Assembly: GCA_032718475.1 (NCBI GenBank)
Contig: JAUCBJ010005375.1
Location: forward strand, 1 to 59,373
Length of the DNA stretch: 59,373 nt
Direction: 5' to 3'
Source of the DNA: Nemertoderma westbladi
Lineage: Eukaryota > Animalia > Xenacoelomorpha
Shown: one piece after another, positions 38,625 to 48,899 of the stretch
Numbering within the stretch: the stretch's first letter is position 1
How the letters are laid out: every line of letters begins with the position of its first letter
Notes under the pieces: generated by a model
What the model saw: only the letters and a program-made list of their open reading frames with translations
Databases searched by the model: none
Told to the model about the DNA's origin: nothing
Program-made: the position numbers and the translations under genes

Positions 38625-39909
38625 TTCAATGTGTATGGTGCCTAGATGTGGAATCAGTGCATTGAAATGACTTCGAAGCGCGGAATCTGAGTGCACGAAT
38701 TTTTTTTAATTTTTTTTTTGAAAAATAGAAACGCAAGCGTTGCGGTAAGGAGCCCTTTTCACCGAGTTATGAAGACTCTGAAATTGGTATGGTTTTTTTG
38801 TATATGTTCAGTTTGTTTACCGTCGATTGGATCAACATTTCGGAGAGCTGGAGTAGAATTATAACCCGACATCGCGACACCTTTATTAGTATGTATGTGT
38901 GTGGATGTGGATATGTTTGTGATTCCACTATAGCACTTCAGGACTCCAGCCTATTCGATGGTCTTGCAGTATATAAATAAACGTACGTGTAGCGTCGCGT
39001 AGCACGAGCGGCTGCTTACTCGAGAACGGGTAACCCGAGTACTTGACTCGTGCAGCACGAATGCCCCACGAAAATTTACAAAATATTGGTACTTTTCTTC
39101 TAGTAGGTTCATCCAAATTAGGTTAACATTGAGTAAAGGCTTCAAAACGATTGAATATTCCATTACAGATGGACAGACAGACAGACGGTCATGATATTAG
39201 GCCCTAATACTAATTGAAATTGTGCACTAGTAGCTTCGCTCACTAATCGTGGCTTGTTCCACAGTATATTAATTTAATACAACGTACCGGTACGATGCTT
39301 CCCATAGTTCCTTCTAACTTTTGTTATTGGGTTATTTAATACGCATGACCATTCAGTTTGACAAAACATTAACTTTTGTTACATTATGTCAACTTAACAG
39401 CGTTCTGGTGAATTACTCGTAACGCTGCAAAGTACAGTGAAATTTAGAATACACATGTCAGTTGAGTTGAATGACTTGGTAAGACCATCAATAGCCCCAT
39501 AACACGAAAATTGCCATAGACTCAATGATAGAAATACCAGCTGGTGCGGATACGCCCAAACTACAGAGAAGTATTTTACTTGCTAAGTTTTAGTAAGGTT
39601 GTGTTTACTCACTCACACTATCACAGACAGTAATCAAACATCAACTGTTTATAATGTATTACCCGGTCACCTGAATATCTCTTCCCAGTGAATTCTATAG
39701 GAATATCTATAATGTTACTCACTGAAACTGCAATTCCGGTATATGGATAGATAGCATATGGATAGATATAAAGGCAGAAATATTGTGTGTGAGCGAGGAA
39801 AAGTACCGCGAGCGAAGCAAGCTAATTGTTTTGGTGTTTTTATGTGTTTTTAATGTGTTTTTTGAAATAGAGTAACTCTAACCATAACATAATCCTTAAT
39901 AATCCATAA

Positions 39910-40049
39910 ACCCGGGACAAAAGCGGGACATTTGATCTAAACTGGGACAATTACGTATCCCAGGAGAAACCCTTGCGACACCGGGACAAGCCACTCAAAA
40001 ACGGGACAGTCCCGGCCAAAACGGGACGCATGGACGCATGGTCACCTTA
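39910..40049. mobile_element. Terminal fragment of a hAT (Tip100-like) element
   Basis: Several GGGACA subterminal repeats ending in ATGGTCACCTTA, the reverse complement of a TAGGGTGACCAT-type terminus. Confidence 0.55.
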
Positions 40050-40164
40050 ACTACTAATATAATCGGCCTTCTGCATTGAAACAGCACATTGAGATGCTAT
40101 GTAGCAAAAACATTTGTCACCACCATGCAATCCACAATATGCAAGCCCAATGCAGCGTGCATTA

Positions 40165-40735
40165 AGAATATGCCGGCTTATCAACAAAGTTGCACCGCCA
40201 CAACTTCCTATCCACCATGACTTTCGCGATATTATCCGCATCTTCAAGGCCAGTATCCTTTTGGAAGCATCTCAAGGTGGGCTGTCCACCATGCTTATTT
40301 TCTCCACGGCGCTGCCAAAGCACAAGATTGTGCACAGGCTGGTCCTCACGGCGAAACCAATGTCCTGCAAAGTGGAGGCGGAGGAGGCTAGTGTCAAGCT
40401 GGGGGAACCAATGAGACACCTCCAATGTTATATAGTGTCTGGTTGGAGATGTGTGCATTGTACTTGACACAGTGAACCCGTAGTATTCTTGTGAATGTAA
40501 AATACAGATATTTGGTGTCCTTAGCAGTTAGAGCCCAGCATGGACTCCCATAGAGGAGTACTGGAACTACTGCTGCTCTAAATAATCGGACCTTAAGTTT
40601 CCGATCATTCCATGCTGCCCATGCCTTTCCCTTACGTATTCGAAGGTCCTCACCTGACTTCCGTATCCATAAACCCAGGTAACAGAAATCGTCCACATGC
40701 TCAAGCATACCTTCATTTGAGCTTATGCTCATTCG
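40165..40735 (-). mobile_element. Older degenerate RTE-type LINE 3' fragment from a different subfamily
   Basis: VDDFCYLGLWI..IRKGKAWAA..LFRAAVVPVLLYGSPCWALT and FAGHWFRREDQPVHNLVLWQ..DTGL..MVDRKLWR parallel the RT C-terminus of the 49 kb LINE but are diverged and frameshifted. Confidence 0.8.
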
Positions 40736-41095
40736 GTCAGAGATTTGCTGAGGACTTTAAAAAGTTAACTGTCAAAATATTGGTCTATTTGGAGTTAACA
40801 AAAAGACCAACGATGTACATACAGTAGGTGCAGCACGGTGCTGTGTACACTACACTACAATGGTACACCCTGAAACAATGGCAATCCGCTCGGGCAATGA
40901 CATCCAAGATCCGTGATTTCCACAGACAGACAAATAGAAAGATAGAGTGAAAGGCAGGCAGATAGAAAGATAGATACCATCAACCCATTATAGTGAGAAA
41001 TATCTATAAATAATCTTCTCATTGAAAAATAATTGTGATCTGATCAGACATTATAGTTATCAGTGCTTCACCAGAACACTTTCTTATACAATTTA

Positions 41096-41108
41096 GTTGC
41101 TAGGGAAC
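41096..41108. promoter_or_regulatory. RFX X-box upstream of DRC1
   Basis: GTTGCTAGGGAAC, about 140 bp before the ATG of a motile-cilia gene; fits the 13-bp X-box form. Confidence 0.65.
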
Positions 41109-41249
41109 ATATTCGCGCCATATTACTCATATTAATTAGCTAATTTATTAATTGTAAGTATTAATCAGTGAATTAGGCCTGAATTAAATGATTAGAGTAC
41201 TGCAGGCAACGCTCAGTCTCAAACACAGATATTCCTAGAAATCATAATA

Positions 41250-43475
41250 ATGAGTATTAATAAGGGTATTGACAGACTCAGTGTAAGTCACCAACAACCA
41301 AGGGAATCGGAATCATCGAGCTCCGGGTCTCAGGTTCAAGATTCCGGTGAAGTTGACGAATTATCTAAGGGCCAGAACGAAAGAATAGCGGCAAGAAAAC
41401 TTAGAATCCAATTGCAGATTGAAAAAGAGAGAAGGGATATTCTAGGGCTAAATATTGATGACACAAATGGTAATGAGGTCAAGTACACTTTAAGTAGAGA
41501 GCGGATTATTGAAGCGCAGAAGAGATTGAATAAGTTAAAATCTGGTGGGGTTGAGAAGATATCGAATGTTAGGGTTTCATCAGATTATAGGGAGGCCCAT
41601 CATCGAAGAGATAACTTGAAAATAAACATGTGTAAAATTGGTGAATTAGAGGCTGAAGCTAAACAGGGAATAGCGCGATTCAATGAAATAACAGAAGGGT
41701 GGATTGCTGCAGATAATGATGGCCTCACACATGAATTAAAAGAAATTCTTCTGCAACAGAAAGCCGCGTTCAATGAAATGGTTGATGAAAAAAACAAACT
41801 GGTTGACAAATTTCAAATGGAATTGAAAATCAAGGATCACACCTATATCATGAATCTTAAAATGCAGGCTGAAGACATTGGCATGCATGGAGAAAGGAAT
41901 GAAGAGGAAATCCATAACCTCACAAGAGCGTACCGCGAAGAGCTTGAAGGTATAGAGAAAGCATTCGTGCGTGAACGCAAATCGTTAATGGCTACCAATG
42001 TAGATAAATGGAACATACTAATGGAACAGAAAAGAAAGATAGAGGTTACATTCGCTGAGAAACGACGTAGCAGGGTAGACCAAAACGAGACGCACATAAA
42101 GAATTTAAGAACACAATACGCAGAGGAATCCAGAATCATTAAGATTAAAATGGAAGATGATGCCGCCCTTTTGGAGCAACAACTTGCACGGATGAACGCC
42201 ACGTATCAATTGAGTAAGGAGAAACTGGAGTACAACTTCCAGATATTAAAGAAGAAGGACGAGGAGGACACAATAACAAAAAGCCAACAGAAACGAAAGA
42301 TTACAAAGTTACAAGATCTTATGAACCGAATGAAAAATAGAATGAAGAAATCTGAGAACTTCTACAATGACGAAAACCACCAGTTAAGGGATGACTATAA
42401 CAGAATTACTCAACACTTTTATACTCTGAAGAAAAAAGCTCAACAGCTGGTGAGCATGGACTCTCAGAAATTCTACGATGTTTGGATAATGCAAGAAGAA
42501 GAAGCGAAGACGCTTTCTAAGGAATTATTGGAACTAGACAGGCTAATACACGAGCAACAACTCGGTGTTGATTGGGTGAAACCTAATTTATACTACCTTG
42601 ATAACGTAGGACCAATTCAGACGAAATTTCAATCTAAAGTGCCTTCAACTGACGTTGCGCAAAGTGTTACAGAATCTGAGGAAAAGGGAACCTTCGAACA
42701 AGATGGGTTTCAATTCAGCATTTCAACTATAAAGTCTATTTTAGAATTGTTAAATAATGAATCAGGTTTCCTTGTTGAGGATAAGCTGGCGCGGTTATTA
42801 CAACCGCTGGGTACAGGCGATCGGAATATTATCGAACTAGATGCGATATTCTCAGCTCTGGGAATTGAAAATAAAGAGGACATCAATAAACTGACGCAAT
42901 ACTTTGTGAATAAGAGACAACAGTCCGGTGAAGGAAAGTGCGAAAACGAATTGGGAGACGTAGATGATGATGTCGAGGGTTTGAAATGTGAAAATTACTC
43001 ACTAGGGGATGCAACAGATATAGAACTGGTGTCTGGCGCAAAAGAAATAGAGTTAGCTCATGCTAATGAAATAATTACTATTTTGAGGAAATTTGTTGAG
43101 GATCACAGAGGACATTTTATTGGAATCAAGACGCCCACCTTTCATTTGGAAGAGTCTCAAAAACGTGATAAGGAAGAAGATTCGCGGTATTGGTCGAGGT
43201 TGTCATCGACAATAGACGGGGAACAAGAAAAAGTTTGGTCTACGATGCTAGAAGGAGCAAACAAATATTATGAGATGTTGACTACAAGGAAGAAAAAATT
43301 AAAAGACAATGGAAAACTGAGGCAAGAGAATGGGGAACTAAGATTCTTACTAAGCAAATATATGAGCAGTCGAATAGACCAAGAATTAGGGGTTCCTCCT
43401 TTTAAAGTTATACAGAAAGATCTTCCTGTAAAACCGTCCAAGCTAGGAACTATTGTTTCTCGCAGAAGGATATAA
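41250..43475 (+). CDS. DRC1: Dynein regulatory complex subunit 1 (CCDC164), single coding exon
   Basis: ERIAARKLRI, NYD-SP28-like coiled coil (EKNKLVDKFQMELKIKDHTY), ATYQLSKEKLEYNFQILKKKDEED, DRLIHEQQLG, ESGFLVEDKL, LDAIFSALGI, and LRQENGELRFLLSKYMSSRIDQELGVPP. Confidence 0.9.
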   Translation: MSINKGIDRLSVSHQQPRESESSSSGSQVQDSGEVDELSKGQNERIAARKLRIQLQIEKERRDILGLNIDDTNGNEVKYTLSRERIIEAQKRLNKLKSGGVEKISNVRVSSDYREAHHRRDNLKINMCKIGELEAEAKQGIARFNEITEGWIAADNDGLTHELKEILLQQKAAFNEMVDEKNKLVDKFQMELKIKDHTYIMNLKMQAEDIGMHGERNEEEIHNLTRAYREELEGIEKAFVRERKSLMATNVDKWNILMEQKRKIEVTFAEKRRSRVDQNETHIKNLRTQYAEESRIIKIKMEDDAALLEQQLARMNATYQLSKEKLEYNFQILKKKDEEDTITKSQQKRKITKLQDLMNRMKNRMKKSENFYNDENHQLRDDYNRITQHFYTLKKKAQQLVSMDSQKFYDVWIMQEEEAKTLSKELLELDRLIHEQQLGVDWVKPNLYYLDNVGPIQTKFQSKVPSTDVAQSVTESEEKGTFEQDGFQFSISTIKSILELLNNESGFLVEDKLARLLQPLGTGDRNIIELDAIFSALGIENKEDINKLTQYFVNKRQQSGEGKCENELGDVDDDVEGLKCENYSLGDATDIELVSGAKEIELAHANEIITILRKFVEDHRGHFIGIKTPTFHLEESQKRDKEEDSRYWSRLSSTIDGEQEKVWSTMLEGANKYYEMLTTRKKKLKDNGKLRQENGELRFLLSKYMSSRIDQELGVPPFKVIQKDLPVKPSKLGTIVSRRRI

Positions 43476-43751
43476 ATTTGGTTAGAAGCCATTATATAGT
43501 GGTTTGAAAATGATGGAAGATTATATGTAATTATTATCTGTAATCGTCAAATATCGAAATAGTACAGATTTGGAATCACATAATAAATAAACCTTAAATT
43601 TACAAAAAAGGCAATAGTAATTGAAATGTAAAAAGTACAGTATAAAGACATATTTCCTTCTGGTGCGGTCCACCCAGAACTATACTCCCCAGAGGCAACT
43701 GCTACTCATTTAGTTACCATTTAAGGATGCAAGCAGAGATGCTCCCTAAGT

Positions 43752-44052
43752 AGTATAGGTTTGGACGGCTCGGCGATAGTTGGACCTAACTGACACGAAT
43801 TAGGTGTCAAGGACGCCAGGCTGTCTGGGTCACCCAATTATGATAATTAGACAGACCCTAATTGATAGGTGCGATAAATTAATTAGTACCATTAAACCCT
43901 ATTGGGTGTCTTATGACTCCTCATTAATTCAATAAAACGATTAGCGCCCTGATACCCCCAATGGGTTGGTTTCAGTGAGGTCAAACTGTCGCCGAGCCGC
44001 CCAAAGTGTGTCATTAAATAACACCTCTTCCCTTTTATTTATTGATATTTAT
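43752..44052. mobile_element. MITE-like element; a diverged inverted copy lies at about 46544-46811
   Basis: Internal TIRs TTTGGACGGCTCGGCGATAGTTGGACCTAACTGA / TCAGTGAGGTCAAACTGTCGCCGAGCCGCCCAAA. Both ends (TAGTATAGGTTTGG, CACCTCTTCCC..ATTGATATTTA) recur reverse-complemented at 46544-46811. Confidence 0.7.
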
Positions 44053-44059
44053 AGCCTTC

Positions 44060-44200
44060 TCACGTGTAACTTCCTCACTTGTAACCTCCTAACTTATAAC
44101 CTCCTCACTTGTAACCTCCTAACTTATAACCTCCTCAAATGTAACCTCCACACTTGAAACCTCCTCACTTGTAACCTCCTCACTTGTAACATCCTCACCT
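44060..44200. repeat. 15-bp tandem repeat (CTCCTCACTTGTAAC)n
   Basis: About 9 imperfect units read directly. Confidence 0.9.
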
Positions 44201-44308
44201 TTCACTATCAGACTATTTATGAGGGCTTCGCGTCAAAAATAAGGTTTCAATTAACTAATATTTTTTGAGATGAGGTCTGTTATTGTTTTACTAACAAACC
44301 AATTCATA

Positions 44309-45033
44309 AATGCGGAGCTAGGAAAAATAATAATGCTTTTTGAGGGTTCGAACTCACGGCCTTCCGATAAGAAAGCTAAGCAAATGGGTAGCTTGAATTC
44401 GTTTGTCAGAGAAAACGTTCGTGGGGTCTTCGCGCAGCACGAAGTGAGCAACGCCTTTAGCATATGGGCACCATTAACGAGTTGTCTGCCTCTTTGCCTC
44501 GTTGTGTTCGTTCATTTTTGACCAAACTTCAGATTATTTCTAAACTTTTGACGGACTAAATACATACCAAGTTTCATTTAATTTCATCGATGAATAGCCA
44601 AGTTATTAGCGATCAAAAATTTACGACGACAGACGACAACGACGACAGACAACTCGCCATGGCGAGTTGTCTGTCGTCGTCGTAAATTTTTGATCGCTAA
44701 TAATTCGGTTATTCATTGATGAAATTAAATGAAACTAGGTATGTATTTAGTCCGTCAAAAGTTTAGAAATAATCTGAAGTTTGGTCAAAAACGAACGAAC
44801 GCAACGAGGCAAAGAGGAGGACGAGTATTGTGTTGAAGACTTCTGACTAACGGCAGACAACTAGTTAATGTTGCCCATATGCTAAAGGCGTTGCTCACTT
44901 CGTGCTGCGCGAAGGCTCCACGAACGTTTTCTCTGACAAACAAATTCAAGCTACCCATTTGCTTAGCTTTCTAATCGGAAGGCCGTGAGTTCGAACCCTC
45001 AATAAGCATTATTCTTTTTCCTAGCTACGCATT
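44309..45033. repeat. About 725-bp spacerless palindrome (foldback of a repeat element)
   Basis: Centre AACTCGCCA|TGGCGAGTT at 44659/44660. Arms of about 350 bp align with scattered mismatches and two indels, carry GACAGACGAC microsatellite, and have a tRNA B-box-like GAGTTCGAACCCTC. Confidence 0.9.
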
Positions 45034-45141
45034 AACTCTAGTTATTAATATTTATGACGAGTAAGGGTCTTGAGCCATGGCTAATATAAAATATTGTTAG
45101 TTTACCACTATATATGGTAAACTAACAATATTTTATATAAT

Positions 45142-45925
45142 TAATAAAGATTAACAAGATATAGCTTGATATAATAAAACATAAATTATAATAGATCAAT
45201 TAGGGTTGTAAATAAAAAACAAATAAATTAAATTGGTGATAAACAGCTAAGACTTCACTCACTTCGTGACTCGCCCCACAATAACAGACATCTCAAACCT
45301 AAATTCGCTATTGTTTGACATATAGCGAATGTTAATTGTTGTTTGGTTTTTTCCCTAAGGCTTCGAGTTTAGCTAGTTCCAAATAACATCAATGTAACCT
45401 TCATAGACCGTAATCCCGAGTCTTTAGAGCTGTCTCAGACCATAAACCCGCGACTTCAGGGCGGTTTCAGACCCTAAACCCGAGATTTTAGGGGTGCCTC
45501 TGACAAGAAATCTGAAGTTGTATTATCAAACAATAGGTCTAGTAAAAGATCGGACGAAGGGTCGAATGAGAGTAAATGGTAGACTGAGAGTTCAAAATGG
45601 TGCAATAATATGCCTAAATAAGTCTCAAACATATTGTCTCATGCCTAGCCCCTCATCGAACTCATTTGCAATATAGCGTCATTGATTTTAAGGATACATG
45701 GTAAACGGGATTTGTTAAATAAGCATGCCTCGCAGACTTAAGTAATTAATTATAGGTTTGATCGTTTTGAGAGTAGGACCATTAGAAACAGTGCCCTCGA
45801 AAACCTCAGTATGTAGAAAAGTAATAAAGATTAACAAGATTAGCTTGATATAATAAAACATAAACTATAATAGATCAATTAGGGTTGTAAATAAAAAACA
45901 AATTAATTAAATTGATGATAAACAG
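45142..45925. repeat. About 105-bp direct repeats (45142-45246, 45822-45925) flanking a 575-bp segment
   Basis: TAATAAAGATTAACAAGAT...GATAAACAG occurs twice with few differences. Confidence 0.8.
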
Positions 45926-46264
45926 TAGAACTTATGTATTAAAGGAGGGCCTTCTTTAATTAAACTGTATACTGGAAATGAATATGATTCATTGTAGGGG
46001 TTCTTTATGATGATAAGACGTGTAGTGCATTAAAGAATGATTGCGGATTATATTTCCCCTATAGTGGGAGGGCTATCTGAGCTGCTATCAACTCAAATTA
46101 ATTAACTAAAGTAATCTGTGTTAGACTTATTACTTTGTGTCAGAGTAATCTACTGGTTTCAAAGTTAAATTGCTTTTTATAATTACGTCATAGGAGGTGG
46201 TTCGGGAAGAAATAAATATAACGAAATATTGGAAAATCTAAAAATAGAAATCAAATTATAAATG

Positions 46265-46517
46265 AAATAAAGTAAAAATGAATACAATTAAATAAAGTAA
46301 AAATGAATACAATTAAATAAAGTAAAAATGAATACAATTAAATAAAGTAAAAATTAATACAATTAAATAAAGTAAAAATGAATACAATTAAATAAAGTAA
46401 AAATGAATACAATTAAATAAAGTAAAAATGAATACAATTAAATAAAGTAAAAATGAATACAATTAAATAAAGTAAAAATGAATACAATTAAATAAAGTAA
46501 AAATGAATACAATTAAA
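46265..46517. repeat. 25-bp AT-rich tandem repeat, about 10 copies
   Basis: (AATAAAGTAAAAATGAATACAATTA)n read directly. Confidence 0.93.
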
Positions 46518-47249
46518 GGAAATAAAATAAATACAATTATTAAATAAATATCAATAAAAAAAGGGGAAGAGGTGTCCCTTAATGACACTTTGCCACTGTT
46601 GGACCTAATCGGTCTAATTAATTAAGATAATCAATTAAACCCTAATGACGAGTCATTAATTGTACTAATTAATTGAGGACACCTATCAATTAGGATCTAA
46701 TTATCCCAATTGACAGTTGTCACCCAGAAAGCCTGGCGCCCTTGACTCCCAATGACACCCAATGGGTGTCAGTTAGGTCCCACTATCCCCGAGCCGCCCA
46801 AACCTATACTACTTCCCTAGCTAGTGCTAGTCCCTTTAAATTAATAATCATGCCAAATCGAAAACTCCCTCTAGGCCACCATGTGGAGATATTGAACGCA
46901 CGACCTTCGCTGAGATATGATATGAATGAATTAAAAACAACAGATTTAACCGCTCCACCAGTGTGGGACTTATTCAAGTTAAATAGACATACACATAATA
47001 ATTCTAGAACATATTTATCTCATATTGATAAGAAGCTGGGCAACTACAGTGAAACATATAATATGCTGTATATTGTACAAGTTTATACTATCGTCATAGC
47101 ATAATGATGAAATAATAAAACGAACAAGCAATAAATGAATGAATGAATCAATATAATAATTAAATGAAAAAATTATGAAATGCGGTTCATTTATTTATGA
47201 TAGTCTGTTCAAGAGTTTATGCTTATTAATTGAACTAATCAGTGAATAA

Positions 47250-48311
47250 TTACTTGTTTGAAGGTCGAAATTTTAGTTTCATTTCTATTTTCTTCGGTAC
47301 AAATTCCACGAGCTCCGATGTACCTTTCTTCAACCACCATAGATAGATAGCCGAAGGTTTAGGTTTTTCCCGTAGGTTTTTCGATGGCGGATTACCAAAG
47401 GCGGCATTTAGAACGCCGCCTGAAACTGGTTTCTCACTGCCGTACCACCAACCGCCAAAGTATGTATCTCTGGCAAGGTCGCTGCCACTAACACTAGATG
47501 GTATGTCCTTTGTGATAAACTGATTACCATTGAAATCTTTCATGGAATCGCCGCCGCTCCCGGAATATCCACCGATTGTTAATATGAAACCGGGGTTTCC
47601 TTTTCCTCTAGTGATGTTGGAAACCTTGAAAGTTGAATATTCAACGTAATAGTGTTCGTCTGGGCATGGACGGCAGGGCGCTTCAACCCATAAATCTATC
47701 CTCAGAACAGCGTCACATAGGTTAGTAAGCCCAGAAATTTTAGACAAACCTAACCAGAACCCGTTAGTGTTCCCACTCCCATTTAGCACACCAAATCCTT
47801 CAACATATTCATCGAATTCCTTATTAAATGCATTGAGTCCCTCTCCATCATCTCTTAGCTGAAACACCAACCATGGGCCTCCGTTATCCTTGTCGCACCG
47901 GATTTGACCGGAGTCTAGTAAACCCCACTTTTTGGAAATGTCCTGAACACCGGAATCTTTTTCGAAACAGGGATTTATGCTGTTGTTACATGATGTGTTT
48001 TTTTTATCTGCTGGATCTGGATCTGCGACCGAGCTCACAAGTCCTGGATTTAGAGTATGCAGTAATACCATCACAATAATAATCAAAGTAATAAGAGACG
48101 GAACACCCCCTAGTGCAAGTTTAAGTTGAATGTTAGGATCGCGCAAAAGCTGGCGTAGAGAACGACGTCTGTTTCGATGAACGGGTGCGTTATCCGGATG
48201 TGTGTTTTCTTCCGCCTCCGCGGTCTCCTTTGGTGCTGGTACGTCGACTTCGATATTGCATTCTTGATCTACAGTCGAAAAATACTCCGTTGAGTCAGCC
48301 AAGTTAGCCAT
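47250..48311 (-). CDS. Type II membrane fibrinogen-related domain (FReD) protein, copy A, single coding exon
   Basis: Hydrophilic N-terminus, one TM (LALGGVPSLITLIIIVMVLL), then FReD motifs RCD..GGPWLVFQLR, F..YVEGFG, FWLGLSKI, LRIDL, YSTFKV, GGYSGSGGDSM, F.TKD, GGWWY and KKIEMKLK. Confidence 0.88.
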   Translation of the reverse strand: MANLADSTEYFSTVDQECNIEVDVPAPKETAEAEENTHPDNAPVHRNRRRSLRQLLRDPNIQLKLALGGVPSLITLIIIVMVLLHTLNPGLVSSVADPDPADKKNTSCNNSINPCFEKDSGVQDISKKWGLLDSGQIRCDKDNGGPWLVFQLRDDGEGLNAFNKEFDEYVEGFGVLNGSGNTNGFWLGLSKISGLTNLCDAVLRIDLWVEAPCRPCPDEHYYVEYSTFKVSNITRGKGNPGFILTIGGYSGSGGDSMKDFNGNQFITKDIPSSVSGSDLARDTYFGGWWYGSEKPVSGGVLNAAFGNPPSKNLREKPKPSAIYLWWLKKGTSELVEFVPKKIEMKLKFRPSNK

Positions 48312-48471
48312 ACAGATCCATATTATTTAACTGTACTATGTATTGGTAGTAATAGTATTATGTACAGAACGCAAACACTTTTTATAGCTATGATTTGTAT
48401 ATTAAATTATTAATTACCGGTAATGGCAACGGTTTCCATATAGCACTACAATTTTTTTAACCTTAATCATT

Positions 48472-48485
48472 GTTACTATGGCAAC
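48472..48485. promoter_or_regulatory. RFX X-box upstream of FReD copy A
   Basis: GTTACTATGGCAAC, about 160 bp upstream of the ATG at 48311. Confidence 0.6.
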
Positions 48486-48899
48486 AATGTAAGGAGGAGG
48501 TCAACAAAATAGAACTATTATGTACTATTCTAGAACATAAATAAAATAAGCTACATAATGTTCTAGACGATTTAGCTAGTAATTTTTAAAATTTAAAATA
48601 GCAAGGGTATTGATAGAAATATAACAATTCAGTGTTCTAGAATATTCATTAAGTTAACGACTTAGATAGTATTGTGTATTTTGTGTTTTGCGAAAGGCAC
48701 TACTATAGTATATGTCCCATAACCGGGATTTTTTTGTAGGAGCTAGTTTTTGCTACTTTTTTAATGTTTTAAGTCATATTATGATTAGCTATAGTTTGGT
48801 TAAAAAAAAATTATTAGAAATAATTTGTTATGTGTAATGAATTGTTTAATTTAGTAACACTAAATTGAATAAAAACTTTTTAATTTTTTTTAAATACTA

